From an uncultured delta proteobacterium (GTDB taxonomy: Bacteria > Myxococcota_A > Polyangia > Polyangiales > Polyangiaceae), in assembly GCA_963716725.1 (NCBI GenBank), contig CAVQUB010000013.1, forward strand, positions 352,001 to 416,000: a stretch of DNA of 64,000 nt, in the 5' to 3' direction. Shown one piece after another: positions 39,145 to 48,338 of the stretch. The notes under the pieces were generated by a model that made no database searches, was not told where the DNA came from, and worked only from the letters and a program-made list of their open reading frames with translations. Numbering within the stretch: the first letter of the stretch is position 1; each line of letters starts with the position of its first letter. Made by a program: the position numbers and the translations under genes.

Positions 39145-40434
39145 ATGACCACTCGATGGACGAAGGCAATGACCCTGGCGCTGGCGGCGACCGTGCTGTC
39201 GGTGGGCGCCTGCGGCGGTGACGACGCGGCCCAGGCAAAGCCCGGGCCGGACGCGGGGACCGACTCCGCTTCGGACGCAGCGAACTGCATCGACACCGGC
39301 CAGCACCCCATGCCGCGCACGGAGGCTTTCTCGGTGTTCGACGCCAAGCGCCAGCGCGTAGTGATCTTCGGCGGCGATCTCGGCGTGCCGGTGCAATGCA
39401 ACCCCGCACCCAAGCCCACCGGCGAACTGTGGCTCTACGACGTCGCCTGCAAGAGCTTCTCGCAAGCCAGCCCGAGCGGCGGACCGGGACCCCGAACGCG
39501 CGGCCTGGCCGTGCACGATCCGGAGGGCGATCGCTTGATCGTGTTCGGCGGTCGCTACCGCGAGGCGTCATCGGGCCCCTACACGGTCTACAACGAAGCT
39601 TGGGCGCTCGATCTCGAGACTCTCGCCTGGCAGCAGATCGCCACCACCGGCACCGCGCCATCGGGGCGCAGTAGCGTGGCCGGCGTGTACAGCCCGGCCA
39701 CGAAGGAGCTCGTCCTCTTCGGGGGCAACGCCAGCACCAGCGGGCTCTCGTTCACGCCGCTCGACGATGTGTGGGCCTTGAATCTCGCCACGGGCGCGTG
39801 GCGTGAAATCGTGGCGACGGGACCAAAGCCGCCCGCGCGGCTGTTTCATTCCGCGGCGCTCGATCCGGCAACAGGTCGGCTTTACGTCTACGCCGGCGGA
39901 GGGGCCGGAGCCTTCCAGGGTCCATTCATGACCGACCTGTGGTCCTTCGACCTCGCCACGAGCACCTGGGCGGAGGAGAGCGCGGGCACGGCCGGGGCCC
40001 CCCTGGGACGCATTCACTCTTCCCTGACCTTCGACTCGAAACAGAATCGACTCGTGGTGTTCGGCGGTCACGACGACGGCGCCGTCGGCAACAACAACGA
40101 CACGTGGTCCTTCGACCCTGCGAGCAAGAAGTGGACGGAGCTGGTGCCCGCCGAGACCGTGAAGACCCCGGCGCCGCAGTTCTGCTTGTTCCCGCCCGAT
40201 TTCACCGTGCCGAACCTGCAAGCGCCGGATCGCCGCTCGGCCCACGCCGCTGTCCTCGATGAAGCGAGCGGTCGCTGGCTCGTCTACGGTGGCAAGACGG
40301 ACTGCGGCAACGTCGATGACGTGTGGTCCTTCGACCTGACCACGAACCAGTGGCAGACCGAGGTGCCGTCGACGGTGGGTGAGGCCTGCGTCCGCGGCAA
40401 GAATGCGGGGCAGTGCAGCACGCTGTGCATTTAG
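39145..40434 (+). CDS. Kelch-repeat beta-propeller lipoprotein
   Basis: Lipobox VGAC; repeated (V/L)FGG...D.W..D....W units. Confidence 0.85.
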   Translation: MTTRWTKAMTLALAATVLSVGACGGDDAAQAKPGPDAGTDSASDAANCIDTGQHPMPRTEAFSVFDAKRQRVVIFGGDLGVPVQCNPAPKPTGELWLYDVACKSFSQASPSGGPGPRTRGLAVHDPEGDRLIVFGGRYREASSGPYTVYNEAWALDLETLAWQQIATTGTAPSGRSSVAGVYSPATKELVLFGGNASTSGLSFTPLDDVWALNLATGAWREIVATGPKPPARLFHSAALDPATGRLYVYAGGGAGAFQGPFMTDLWSFDLATSTWAEESAGTAGAPLGRIHSSLTFDSKQNRLVVFGGHDDGAVGNNNDTWSFDPASKKWTELVPAETVKTPAPQFCLFPPDFTVPNLQAPDRRSAHAAVLDEASGRWLVYGGKTDCGNVDDVWSFDLTTNQWQTEVPSTVGEACVRGKNAGQCSTLCI

Positions 40435-41723
40435 CCTCGGTCTTCGCGATCCTCGTCGCCTCGAGCGTCCTCGCGATCGCGCCGGGCGTCAGCGCTCATG
40501 GCGCATTCCCGGCGGCACGACAGCTCGCCGTCGACCCCAACGACTCGAATCGGATCTTCGCACGCGCCACCTATGGTGTGCTTTCGAGCGACGACCACGG
40601 CCAGAGCTGGCGCTGGGTGTGCACCAAAGCCGCGGGCTACGGATCCACCGAGCAACCCGCGTTGGCAGTGAGCGGGAGCGGTGCGCTGCTGCTCGGCACC
40701 TTCGACGGTCTGTTGACCTCACCGGATCACAGCTGCAGCTGGGCACCGACTCCGTCCCTCGCCCGCACGGTGACAGGACTCGCGGTCGACGCCAAGAACC
40801 CCAAGCGCATTGTGGTGCTGATCTCGACCAGCGCTTCGAAGGGTGGGTTCGACAGCGAGCTGTGGCAGTCGTCGAACGCGGGAGCCAGCTACGACGAAGT
40901 GGCGGGCTCCCTCGATGCGACCACCCTGTTCACGGGCGTCGGCATCGCAGCTTCGGATCCGGCACGGATCTACTTGAGCGGCTTGCAGGGCTCCAAGAAC
41001 GTCGTCTTCACGAGCCACGATTCCGGAACGAGCTGGGAACCTGCCGTGGTTCTCGCGGTCACGCCCGGATCCACGACAGAGATCGTCGGAGTGCATCCCG
41101 AAGACGCCGATCGAGTGTACGTGCGAGCTGGACATGCGAAGACCCAGTCGAGCGAGGGGGCGCTGCTCGTGTCCGACGACGGAGCCAAGACCTTCGGCGA
41201 AGCTCTGAAGCGGCAGGCGCCGCTCTTGGGCTTTGCTCTCTCCCCGGACGGCAGCAGAGTCTTCGTCAGCTATGGCGATCCCCGCGGCGGCGTGAGCCTG
41301 GACGAAGCTGCGCTCGGGCTGTATTCGGCGAAGAGCGACGAGAACGTGTTCAGCCGCGTCTACCCGGGGCCCGTCGCATGTGTCTCATTCGTGGGTCCAG
41401 AGCTCTGGGCCTGCACCAGCCAAGCGGAGCACGGCTTCGAGATCGGGCGGTCCGAGGACGCGGGTGCGAGCTTCGCGCCGGTGATGAAGCTCTCGGGTTT
41501 GAGCGGCCCGCTCGGCTGCCCCGAGGCTTCCAGCGTCGGAACGACGTGCAGCCCGGCCGACTGGGACGACGTCTGCGTCGACACGGGCAAGTGCCACGAT
41601 GCGGCGCCACCGGGTGACCGGGCGGGGTGCGGGTGTCGGAGCGCGTCGGGAACGGGCGGCTCGTGGTTGGGCATCGCGCTGGTGGTCGCGGCGTTGGGTC
41701 GGCATCGGCCGCGTCTGCGCTGA
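40413..41723 (+). CDS. BNR/Asp-box beta-propeller protein with MYXO-CTERM tail
   Basis: SDDHGQSW, SHDSGTSW, SDDGAKTF, SEDAGASF; GCGCR + TM + Arg-rich tail. Confidence 0.8.
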   Translation: MQHAVHLASVFAILVASSVLAIAPGVSAHGAFPAARQLAVDPNDSNRIFARATYGVLSSDDHGQSWRWVCTKAAGYGSTEQPALAVSGSGALLLGTFDGLLTSPDHSCSWAPTPSLARTVTGLAVDAKNPKRIVVLISTSASKGGFDSELWQSSNAGASYDEVAGSLDATTLFTGVGIAASDPARIYLSGLQGSKNVVFTSHDSGTSWEPAVVLAVTPGSTTEIVGVHPEDADRVYVRAGHAKTQSSEGALLVSDDGAKTFGEALKRQAPLLGFALSPDGSRVFVSYGDPRGGVSLDEAALGLYSAKSDENVFSRVYPGPVACVSFVGPELWACTSQAEHGFEIGRSEDAGASFAPVMKLSGLSGPLGCPEASSVGTTCSPADWDDVCVDTGKCHDAAPPGDRAGCGCRSASGTGGSWLGIALVVAALGRHRPRLR

Positions 41724-41794
41724 GCCAACCGCGCGCGCCAACTCGCGGTTGGCGGGCGCCGATCCGAGCCCGCGAAATCCCGCAGCGCCAGCGT

Positions 41795-41810
41795 TGGTGT
41801 GGTGCTTGCA
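41795..41810 (+). promoter_or_regulatory. Possible sigma-54 (-24/-12) promoter
   Basis: TGGTGTGGTGCTTGCA has GG-N10-GC spacing, 16 nt before the ATG at 41826. Confidence 0.3.
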
Positions 41811-41825
41811 CAGTCATTGGCGCTA

Positions 41826-42911
41826 ATGCGTCTTCACACTCTCGCCCTCACGGCCGGGTTGGCCCTTGCCGGTTGCGCGCTCGACTCCGAGCCCGACCTC
41901 AGCCCGGAGCCGTCGACCGGGGGAGCAGCGGGCGCGGCCGGAATCAGCGGCACGGGCAGCGCCTGGGGAAGCGGCGGGGCGGCGGGCGCGGCGGGTGCGG
42001 CCGGTTCCGGCAGCGCGGCCGGTTCCGGCGGAACGACGGCGGCGGGCGGAACGACGGGTTCCGGTGGCGCGGCCGGTTCCGGTGGCGCGGCCGGTTCCGG
42101 CGGAGCGGCGAGCTCCGGCGGAACGACGGCGGCGGGCGGGAGCGGCGGCGGGAATAGCTCTTGTCCGCGGGTGAAGGTGAGCGTTGCCGCCGGCGCGAAC
42201 CTCAATGTGCGACCGACGCCATCGACCAAGCAAGCGGCGGTGGGCGAGCTCGCGAACGGCGACATCGTGGACCTGCTCGATCAGGTCAAGGGCGAGCCCG
42301 TGAGCGGCAACGATCTCTGGTTCCAGATCTCCGCGCCCAGCGTGAAGGGCTACATCTCTAGCACCTTCGCCAGCTGTACCCTCGAGAAGCCACCCGTGAT
42401 CACTGCGCCGGACGGCTACTACTTGCCGCTCGCTTGCGGCAAGTCTGCGAAGATCGCCCAGGGCAACAACGGCGGCTTCAGCCACCAAGGCAAGAGCTAC
42501 TACGCCTACGACTTCGCCATCAGCCTCAACACGCCGATGGTGGCCATGGCGGACGGCGTCGTGAAATACCGCTACGACAAGACCGGGCCGGGCGACCCTT
42601 GCTACAACGGCGGCAGCTCGTCGTGCTACCCCTACGCGAACTACGTCGTGCTCAAGCACGGCGACGGCAAGCTCACCACCTACAAACATCTGAACCAGGT
42701 GAAAGTCACGCTGGGGCAGAAGGTGAAGCGGGGTGCGGTGATTGGGCTGTCCGGTTCGACGGGTTATTCCACGGGTCCGCACGCCCACGTGATGCGCATG
42801 GACGACTGCGGGCAGTACTCGTGTCAGTCGATCCCGCTGAAGTTCGTCGACGTCAGCGGCGACCACATGCCGAACACCGGGCAGGTGGTGAAGAGCGGCA
42901 ACTGCCCCTAG
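41826..42911 (+). CDS. Lipoprotein with SH3b domain and M23 metallopeptidase
   Basis: Lipobox LAGC, Gly linker, LNVRPTPS, HQGKSYYAYD, YKHL, GYSTGPHAH. Confidence 0.88.
   Translation: MRLHTLALTAGLALAGCALDSEPDLSPEPSTGGAAGAAGISGTGSAWGSGGAAGAAGAAGSGSAAGSGGTTAAGGTTGSGGAAGSGGAAGSGGAASSGGTTAAGGSGGGNSSCPRVKVSVAAGANLNVRPTPSTKQAAVGELANGDIVDLLDQVKGEPVSGNDLWFQISAPSVKGYISSTFASCTLEKPPVITAPDGYYLPLACGKSAKIAQGNNGGFSHQGKSYYAYDFAISLNTPMVAMADGVVKYRYDKTGPGDPCYNGGSSSCYPYANYVVLKHGDGKLTTYKHLNQVKVTLGQKVKRGAVIGLSGSTGYSTGPHAHVMRMDDCGQYSCQSIPLKFVDVSGDHMPNTGQVVKSGNCP
41990..42150 (+). repeat. Coding Gly/Ala/Ser low-complexity repeats (GSGGAA units)
   Basis: Imperfect 18-bp GGTTCCGGTGGCGCGGCC units in the M23 linker; boundaries approximate. 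Confidence 0.7.
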
Positions 42912-42919
42912 CCCGACCG

Positions 42920-44740
42920 CTACCGCACTACGAACGCGAAGGGCAGGGTCGCCAGCGCCGTCTCGTCTTGCATGAGCGGCGCGAGCGCGGAGACGAAGGG
43001 GCGCAGGTCGCTCGCGACGGCGCGCGTGAGAGGGGCCCTCGCGCGAGTCACGCGCTCGACAGCCTGCTGGACCGCATTGGCTTCGGCGCTCTCGCCCAAG
43101 AGCAGCGACTCGATCAGACTCTCGTCCCGCCCCACGACAACGACGGGCGCGCGTTCGTCGAGCTTGCCGAGATCGCGCGCGACCGCAAGCGCACGCGACA
43201 GCCCGCCGAGTTCGTCCACCAGCTTCTTCTCGAACCCCTGCCGTCCGCTCCAAATGCGGCCCTCGGCTGCGGTCCGGACGGTGTCGATGGGAAGATTGCG
43301 GCTCTCGGCCACACGCTCGAGAAAGAGCTGGTAGATCTCCTCCATCTGCTTCTTCACGCGCTGGCGGGTTGGGTCGTCCCACTTGGCCAAGGCCGAGAGG
43401 TACGCGGCGCGGGACCCAGCTCCCGGCTCGGGGCTCGCGGGAAAGGTCACGGTGTTGACTCCGTATTCGGCCAGCGCTTCGTTCAGGACTATCTTGCCGC
43501 CAAACACGCCGATGCTGCCCACGATGCTGGTGGGCTCCGCGATCACGCGATCGGCAGCGCAGGCCAAATAGTAACCGCCGCTGGCGGCCATCTCGCCCAC
43601 CGAGGCGACGATGGGCTTCTTCTTCTTGAGTTCGCGCAGCTCGTACCAGATCAGATCGCTGGCGAGTGCCGAGCCGCCCGGCGAGTCGATGCGCAGCACG
43701 ACCACCTTGACGGAGTCGTCCTTTGCCAGCTTGCGCAAGGTCTTGGTCAGCGCCTTGGCGGTGATGCCCCCGCCGTCGAGCAGCCCTCCTGGCGCCATGC
43801 TGATGGCGCCTTCGGCCGGCACCACGGCGATGTGCGGGCGCCCCGCGGCGTTGTCGTCCGCCCCCGACAGGATACGAATGAGCTCGCCGATATCCGGTCC
43901 CTCGGAGGGCTGGCTCTTGGCTCCGAAACCCGTCGTCACGCGCTCCGCCGACGCTCGCCGCTTGGCGTCTTCCAATGCCTGGGATTCGTAGCCCAGCTCG
44001 TCCACCAGGCCACGTTCCTTGGCCTCGCGCGGTGACCATGGCCCGGTCTCCATATCCGCGCGGGCCGAGCGTCCACGCTTGGCGGCCTCGACGCCGTCGA
44101 GCCACGTCGTGCGAATCGACGCCAGGGTCTCGGTGAGCGCCAGTCTCGCCTCGTCACTCGGTCCGTCGCGCGTCAGCGGCTCGGAACCGCTCTTGAATTT
44201 GCCCGCGTGCAGGAAGTCGGCGCTGATCTTCAGCTTGTCGAGCGCCGACTTGAAATACACGGCCTGGCCGGCGATGCCGACCGTGGCGACTTCACCGGCC
44301 GGCGACAGCCAGATCCGGTCGCAGCCCGCCAGCGCGACCCAGGCGCCGGCGTTGTCGAGCCCGTGGGCGTGACAGACCACCGGCTTGCCCTGTTGCCGAA
44401 TCCCAGCCAGCAGAGTCGCGAGCTCATGCGCCCTCGCGAACCCCACGGAGCGTTCTCCCAAACGCACGAACACGCCCTTCGCGTCCTGGTCGTCCCGCAC
44501 GCGCTCGAGAGCTCGTACCAGGCCCACGTAGGTGCGCGCGGCCGGGAGCGGCAGGAAGCCGCCCTCGGTGGACTCGGGAGCTCCCCGCGACAGGTCGATC
44601 TCGACGACTTTGGCGCCGGCCTTTGCGAACAGCGACGACGACGCTCGCTTGCCGACGGTGCCGGTCCAGCTGCGCGGACGGCCTTCGCACGAAAGTGCCA
44701 CGCTCGCGCAGAGCACCAGCGAAAGCGCGGCGCGCTTCAC
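42920..44740 (-). CDS. sppA: Signal peptide peptidase SppA (protease IV, S49)
   Basis: GKFKSGSE, LRIDSPGGSALAS, MAASGGYY, GSIGV, AEGRIWSG. Confidence 0.9.
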   Translation of the reverse strand: MKRAALSLVLCASVALSCEGRPRSWTGTVGKRASSSLFAKAGAKVVEIDLSRGAPESTEGGFLPLPAARTYVGLVRALERVRDDQDAKGVFVRLGERSVGFARAHELATLLAGIRQQGKPVVCHAHGLDNAGAWVALAGCDRIWLSPAGEVATVGIAGQAVYFKSALDKLKISADFLHAGKFKSGSEPLTRDGPSDEARLALTETLASIRTTWLDGVEAAKRGRSARADMETGPWSPREAKERGLVDELGYESQALEDAKRRASAERVTTGFGAKSQPSEGPDIGELIRILSGADDNAAGRPHIAVVPAEGAISMAPGGLLDGGGITAKALTKTLRKLAKDDSVKVVVLRIDSPGGSALASDLIWYELRELKKKKPIVASVGEMAASGGYYLACAADRVIAEPTSIVGSIGVFGGKIVLNEALAEYGVNTVTFPASPEPGAGSRAAYLSALAKWDDPTRQRVKKQMEEIYQLFLERVAESRNLPIDTVRTAAEGRIWSGRQGFEKKLVDELGGLSRALAVARDLGKLDERAPVVVVGRDESLIESLLLGESAEANAVQQAVERVTRARAPLTRAVASDLRPFVSALAPLMQDETALATLPFAFVVR

Positions 44741-46869
44741 GGATTGACCCCCGGCAGATCCGTGGTGTCGACGTGGGGCTTCTCTTCCGGTGGCTTCGCC
44801 GCCGCGGCATCCGTCGCCTTCTCGGGCGGCTTGTCCGGTGGCTTTTCTGAGCCCGAGGGCGGAGGTGAGGGCGCGGTTTCGCCCTGACCGATGCGTTGTG
44901 CGGCGTGCTGCCCGTAGCTCGAACCCGCGCCAGCCTGCTCCAGCACCCGGCGATAGAGCGTGAGCGCACCCTTGCGGTCTCCCGATTCCCATTTCTGATC
45001 CGCGCGGGCCACCAACGCGGGCAGGTAGCTCGGGTTCTCTTTGAGGACCTTGTCGTACATTTTAGCCGCTGCTTCGGGGTCCTTCTTGGCCTTGGCAACG
45101 TCGGCTAGGCCGGCCATCGCCTCGGTGTTGTTTGGCTCATTGGCGAGCACCTCGTTGTAGAGTTGCTCGGCGCGATCGTAGTTGCCCGCCTTGTAGGCCG
45201 AAGCCGCCTGCTGAAGCTTCGCTCGGAAGTCGTTGGTCCCCTTCGGCACCAAGTCGTCGTCGACGGCTCCCCTGCCGGACGTGTCGAGCAGGGGTAGCGT
45301 CGCCGGATCGACTGCGGCAACTTCGGCGCCTCCGTCCACCCCCGCATCTCCCAGCCCGAGGTGCCGTTTGACGAAGTGCGCGAGGTCTTCGTAGAGGGGG
45401 TGCCCCGCGGCGCGCTCCCGTTGCTTCTCCAACTCGCTCTGCGCTTGCTCTGCCTGTCCGGCGCGAACCAGCGCGTAGATCAGCGCTGAACGCGCCCGGC
45501 CCAAGGCACGCTCGGCTTGTGCTGCGCTCCGCAGGCGATCCACCACGCTGCCCCACACAGGCTGGGACTCCGCGAGATCGAGCGCCGCGAGCACATACGC
45601 ATTTTCGCCCGTGGGGCTCGACGCCAGCGGCTTCACCAGAGCACGCGCTGCTTGGAGATCTCCGGCGAGCCGTAGGATGTCCACACGCGACCGCAAGACG
45701 GCGGGGTTGTCGGAAGCCACCGCCACGGCACGGTCGATGGCTTCTTGGGCCTTGCCGACTCGAGCACCGAGCTGCCGGTGAGTCGCCTGCACGAGTTGCT
45801 TGTCGGCGGGGTCGAGCAAACGCAGCCGCAACCAGAGCATGTCGGCTCGCATGGCTTCGAGTCGGGCCAGAGCCGCGAGAACCGTGGCTTCCTTGTCAGC
45901 GAGGACCGAGGCCTTGTCGAGTTCGCCTCGGGCGCCCTCGAAATCACCTTCTTCGAGCTTGCGCTCGGCCTCGAGCAAGAAGCCCGCGACGCGTGCGTCG
46001 GCGCTCGCTGCCGTCGCGGGTGCGGACTTTCGATACTGCTCGAGATAGCGGCGCCCCACCGTGGCGGCGAGCAGCACCGCAACACCCGCCAAGACCAGGG
46101 CCGCGATCCAGCGCGAGCGGAGGCGTCGGGAGTGCGGCTCCGGGAGGTACAGCGACGCTTGCTCCGACCGATAGCTGCCGGCGCGCACGTCACTGGGAGT
46201 CGGCGAGTAGTCGAGGTCCGGCACCGACTCGCGGATCGTGACCTGCTTCGGGGCGGCGGACCCGGCCACGCGGGCCGGCAGCTGGTTGCGCGGCAAGGTG
46301 GGCGGCTCGGCCTCTTGACTGCTGGCTGGGGCTTCGTCGACCAGCATCGTCCCGCCCGACATCACCCGGCGGTCGGCAGTCGGGACATCAGCGGAGGTCT
46401 GGGTCGGTGCCTCGGTGTCCGCGATGTTAGGTGGCAAGACTGGCGGCGGCGGCAGCGCCGCACCGGGCAGCGGTCCGGCGTAGGAGCCAGCGGCGGGTGG
46501 CGCGACGCCTGCCAAGGTTCGCGCTTGCGCGGGCGCGCGCAGACTCGCCCCGGCGCGCCCGTGGAAGAACGGCTCGAGCTCCGCGATGGCTCCCAGCGGG
46601 CGCGGGGGCTGACCGCCGCGGGCGAGCAGGTCTTCGGGCCCGACTTGGCGCTGAGCGATGCCTCGCTGCATCTCGCGCAGCGAGGTGTAGACCAGCTCAC
46701 GCCCACTCGCGGTGCGCACCACCCAGCGCTCGGGCACCGCCTGCTCGCGGGTCGAGTGCACCTTGAATTGGAAGCCACAATTGGTGCACTTGACCGTGGT
46801 CCCACGATCTGAGACCAGCGCGTCGTCGAACTCGTATTCAGTTCCGCAACGACCGCAGCGGACGTCCAT
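44737..46869 (-). CDS. Zinc-ribbon (MJ0042-type) membrane protein with TPR repeats
   Basis: MDVRCGRCGTEY..VKCTNCGFQF, Pro-rich linker, TM, TPR repeats. Confidence 0.8.
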   Translation of the reverse strand: MDVRCGRCGTEYEFDDALVSDRGTTVKCTNCGFQFKVHSTREQAVPERWVVRTASGRELVYTSLREMQRGIAQRQVGPEDLLARGGQPPRPLGAIAELEPFFHGRAGASLRAPAQARTLAGVAPPAAGSYAGPLPGAALPPPPVLPPNIADTEAPTQTSADVPTADRRVMSGGTMLVDEAPASSQEAEPPTLPRNQLPARVAGSAAPKQVTIRESVPDLDYSPTPSDVRAGSYRSEQASLYLPEPHSRRLRSRWIAALVLAGVAVLLAATVGRRYLEQYRKSAPATAASADARVAGFLLEAERKLEEGDFEGARGELDKASVLADKEATVLAALARLEAMRADMLWLRLRLLDPADKQLVQATHRQLGARVGKAQEAIDRAVAVASDNPAVLRSRVDILRLAGDLQAARALVKPLASSPTGENAYVLAALDLAESQPVWGSVVDRLRSAAQAERALGRARSALIYALVRAGQAEQAQSELEKQRERAAGHPLYEDLAHFVKRHLGLGDAGVDGGAEVAAVDPATLPLLDTSGRGAVDDDLVPKGTNDFRAKLQQAASAYKAGNYDRAEQLYNEVLANEPNNTEAMAGLADVAKAKKDPEAAAKMYDKVLKENPSYLPALVARADQKWESGDRKGALTLYRRVLEQAGAGSSYGQHAAQRIGQGETAPSPPPSGSEKPPDKPPEKATDAAAAKPPEEKPHVDTTDLPGVNP

Positions 46870-47034
46870 CGAAGTGCCTCGGAAAAACGGCAAAATACTT
46901 AGCATGGGGGCCGGGGTTCGGGGGACTTTCGGACGGCGCACGTGCCGCCGGCTCAACGCCCGCTTGTCTGGCGCACGGCAGTTGCTAGGCTGGGCACACG
47001 ATTCGGCTCGAAAAGCCGTGCGAGAGGCTTGTTC

Positions 47035-47550
47035 ATGAAGCATGCGCTGCTCTTTGGACTGTCGCTGGTGGGCGCAGCGTTGGTCCCCGGCTGCCCCATC
47101 TATCCGGAAGAACGCCTGTTCTGTGAGTCGAGTCTGGACTGCCCGAGCGGCTACGCTTGTGACCCGGGATCGGGGTACTGCGTCATTCCGAGCGGAACCG
47201 GCGGTTCCACCGGGAAGAGCTGCGACGCGCCCAAAGACTGCGGGTTCAACCAGACCTGTAGCTCGAAAGGCGTCTGCAAGACCGGGGACTGCTCGTTCCA
47301 CGGCTGCGTGGGCGGATACACCTGCGCGGTCGATCAGGGCACTTGGACCTGCGTCTCGGGAAGCGGCGGCACGGGCGGGAACGACGCGGGAGCCGACGCC
47401 AGCAACGACGCCGCCGCGGATTCGGCGTCGGGAGGCGCGGGCGGAAGCGCCGGCGCAGGCGGGTCAGCCGGGAGCGGTGGCGCCGGAGGAACTGGCGGGA
47501 GCGCCGGCGCACCGGCGGGCGGCACGTCGGGCGACGCCGCGCCGGACTGA
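47035..47550 (+). CDS. Small Cys-rich lipoprotein with Gly-rich tail
   Basis: Lipobox VPGC; C-x5-C-x5-C modules. Confidence 0.7.
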   Translation: MKHALLFGLSLVGAALVPGCPIYPEERLFCESSLDCPSGYACDPGSGYCVIPSGTGGSTGKSCDAPKDCGFNQTCSSKGVCKTGDCSFHGCVGGYTCAVDQGTWTCVSGSGGTGGNDAGADASNDAAADSASGGAGGSAGAGGSAGSGGAGGTGGSAGAPAGGTSGDAAPD

Positions 47551-47552
47551 GA

Positions 47553-48260
47553 TCACTTCACGACGCGCAGCCACGGGGGCAGCGGCTTCTTTCCTCGGGC
47601 TGCCGGCGGCTCGGGCGTCACGGGCCCGGGAGCGCCTTCGCTGCTGCTCTCAGCCGCGCCGGGCGCAGGCTCAGGGTCCGTCGCGACCTCCGCGAGCAGA
47701 GGTGCTGCCACGACACGAGCTGCCTCGGACAGCGCAGGCGCAGCGTCGGCGGGCTCGGGCGCAGCGTCGGCGGGCTCGGGCGCAGCGTCGGCGGGCTCGG
47801 GCGCAGCGTCGGCGGGCTCGGGCGCAGTGTCGGCGGGCTCGGGCGCAGCTGCAGCGGGGACTGCCCGCAAATGAGCGCGCTTCGCCGCCTTCTCTTCGAC
47901 CACCGCGGCGGCCTTCGCGGCCTGGGCCGCTACCTCTGGCGGAATGTCATCGGGCCACACCATGGCGCGCCCATCCGACCCGACCAACGCGTAGATGCTC
48001 TTCCACGGCAAGAAGCAGAAGAAGGGCGAACGATTGAAGCTCAACGTGCACGTGATGCTGTCGTCGTTGACTTCCAGATCACGAATGGGCACCGGCATGT
48101 TGAGCCCGATCTGGAGCACCAGCTGGGCTTGCTTCTTGAACCACTGAGGAACGCGCACCTCGTCGGGCCGCGGATCGATGTGGACGAAGACGTCACTCTG
48201 CTCGAGTAGAGCGATTGCGACATCTTTCTTCGCGGGGAGGCGCTGCTCGTCGGGACCCAT
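47553..48260 (-). CDS. SspB-like ClpXP adaptor (stringent starvation protein B family)
   Basis: VRVP..LVLQIG, IRDLEV, TLSFNR, PWKSIYAL, C-terminal LRVVK (ClpX-binding). Confidence 0.8.
   Translation of the reverse strand: MGPDEQRLPAKKDVAIALLEQSDVFVHIDPRPDEVRVPQWFKKQAQLVLQIGLNMPVPIRDLEVNDDSITCTLSFNRSPFFCFLPWKSIYALVGSDGRAMVWPDDIPPEVAAQAAKAAAVVEEKAAKRAHLRAVPAAAAPEPADTAPEPADAAPEPADAAPEPADAAPEPADAAPALSEAARVVAAPLLAEVATDPEPAPGAAESSSEGAPGPVTPEPPAARGKKPLPPWLRVVK
47737..47849. repeat. 21-bp tandem repeat, 5 copies plus a partial, encoding EPADAAP
   Basis: GGCGCAGCGTCGGCGGGCTCG four times exact, one copy with 1 mismatch, then an 8-nt partial. Confidence 0.95.
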
Positions 48261-48338
48261 CGCCCGAGGCAAATACCCTCAGGCGGGGATGAACGCCAGC
48301 AGAACACCCTCGACCTCCGACCGGACCCGACGGTTTTT

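Noticed and set aside
46968..46990. Sigma-54-like GCACG-N4-TTGC before the 47035 lipoprotein
   Set aside because: The invariant -24 GG is replaced by CG
47737..47849. Repeat as a CRISPR array
   Set aside because: The units are contiguous with no spacers, in-frame within a CDS, and there are no cas genes
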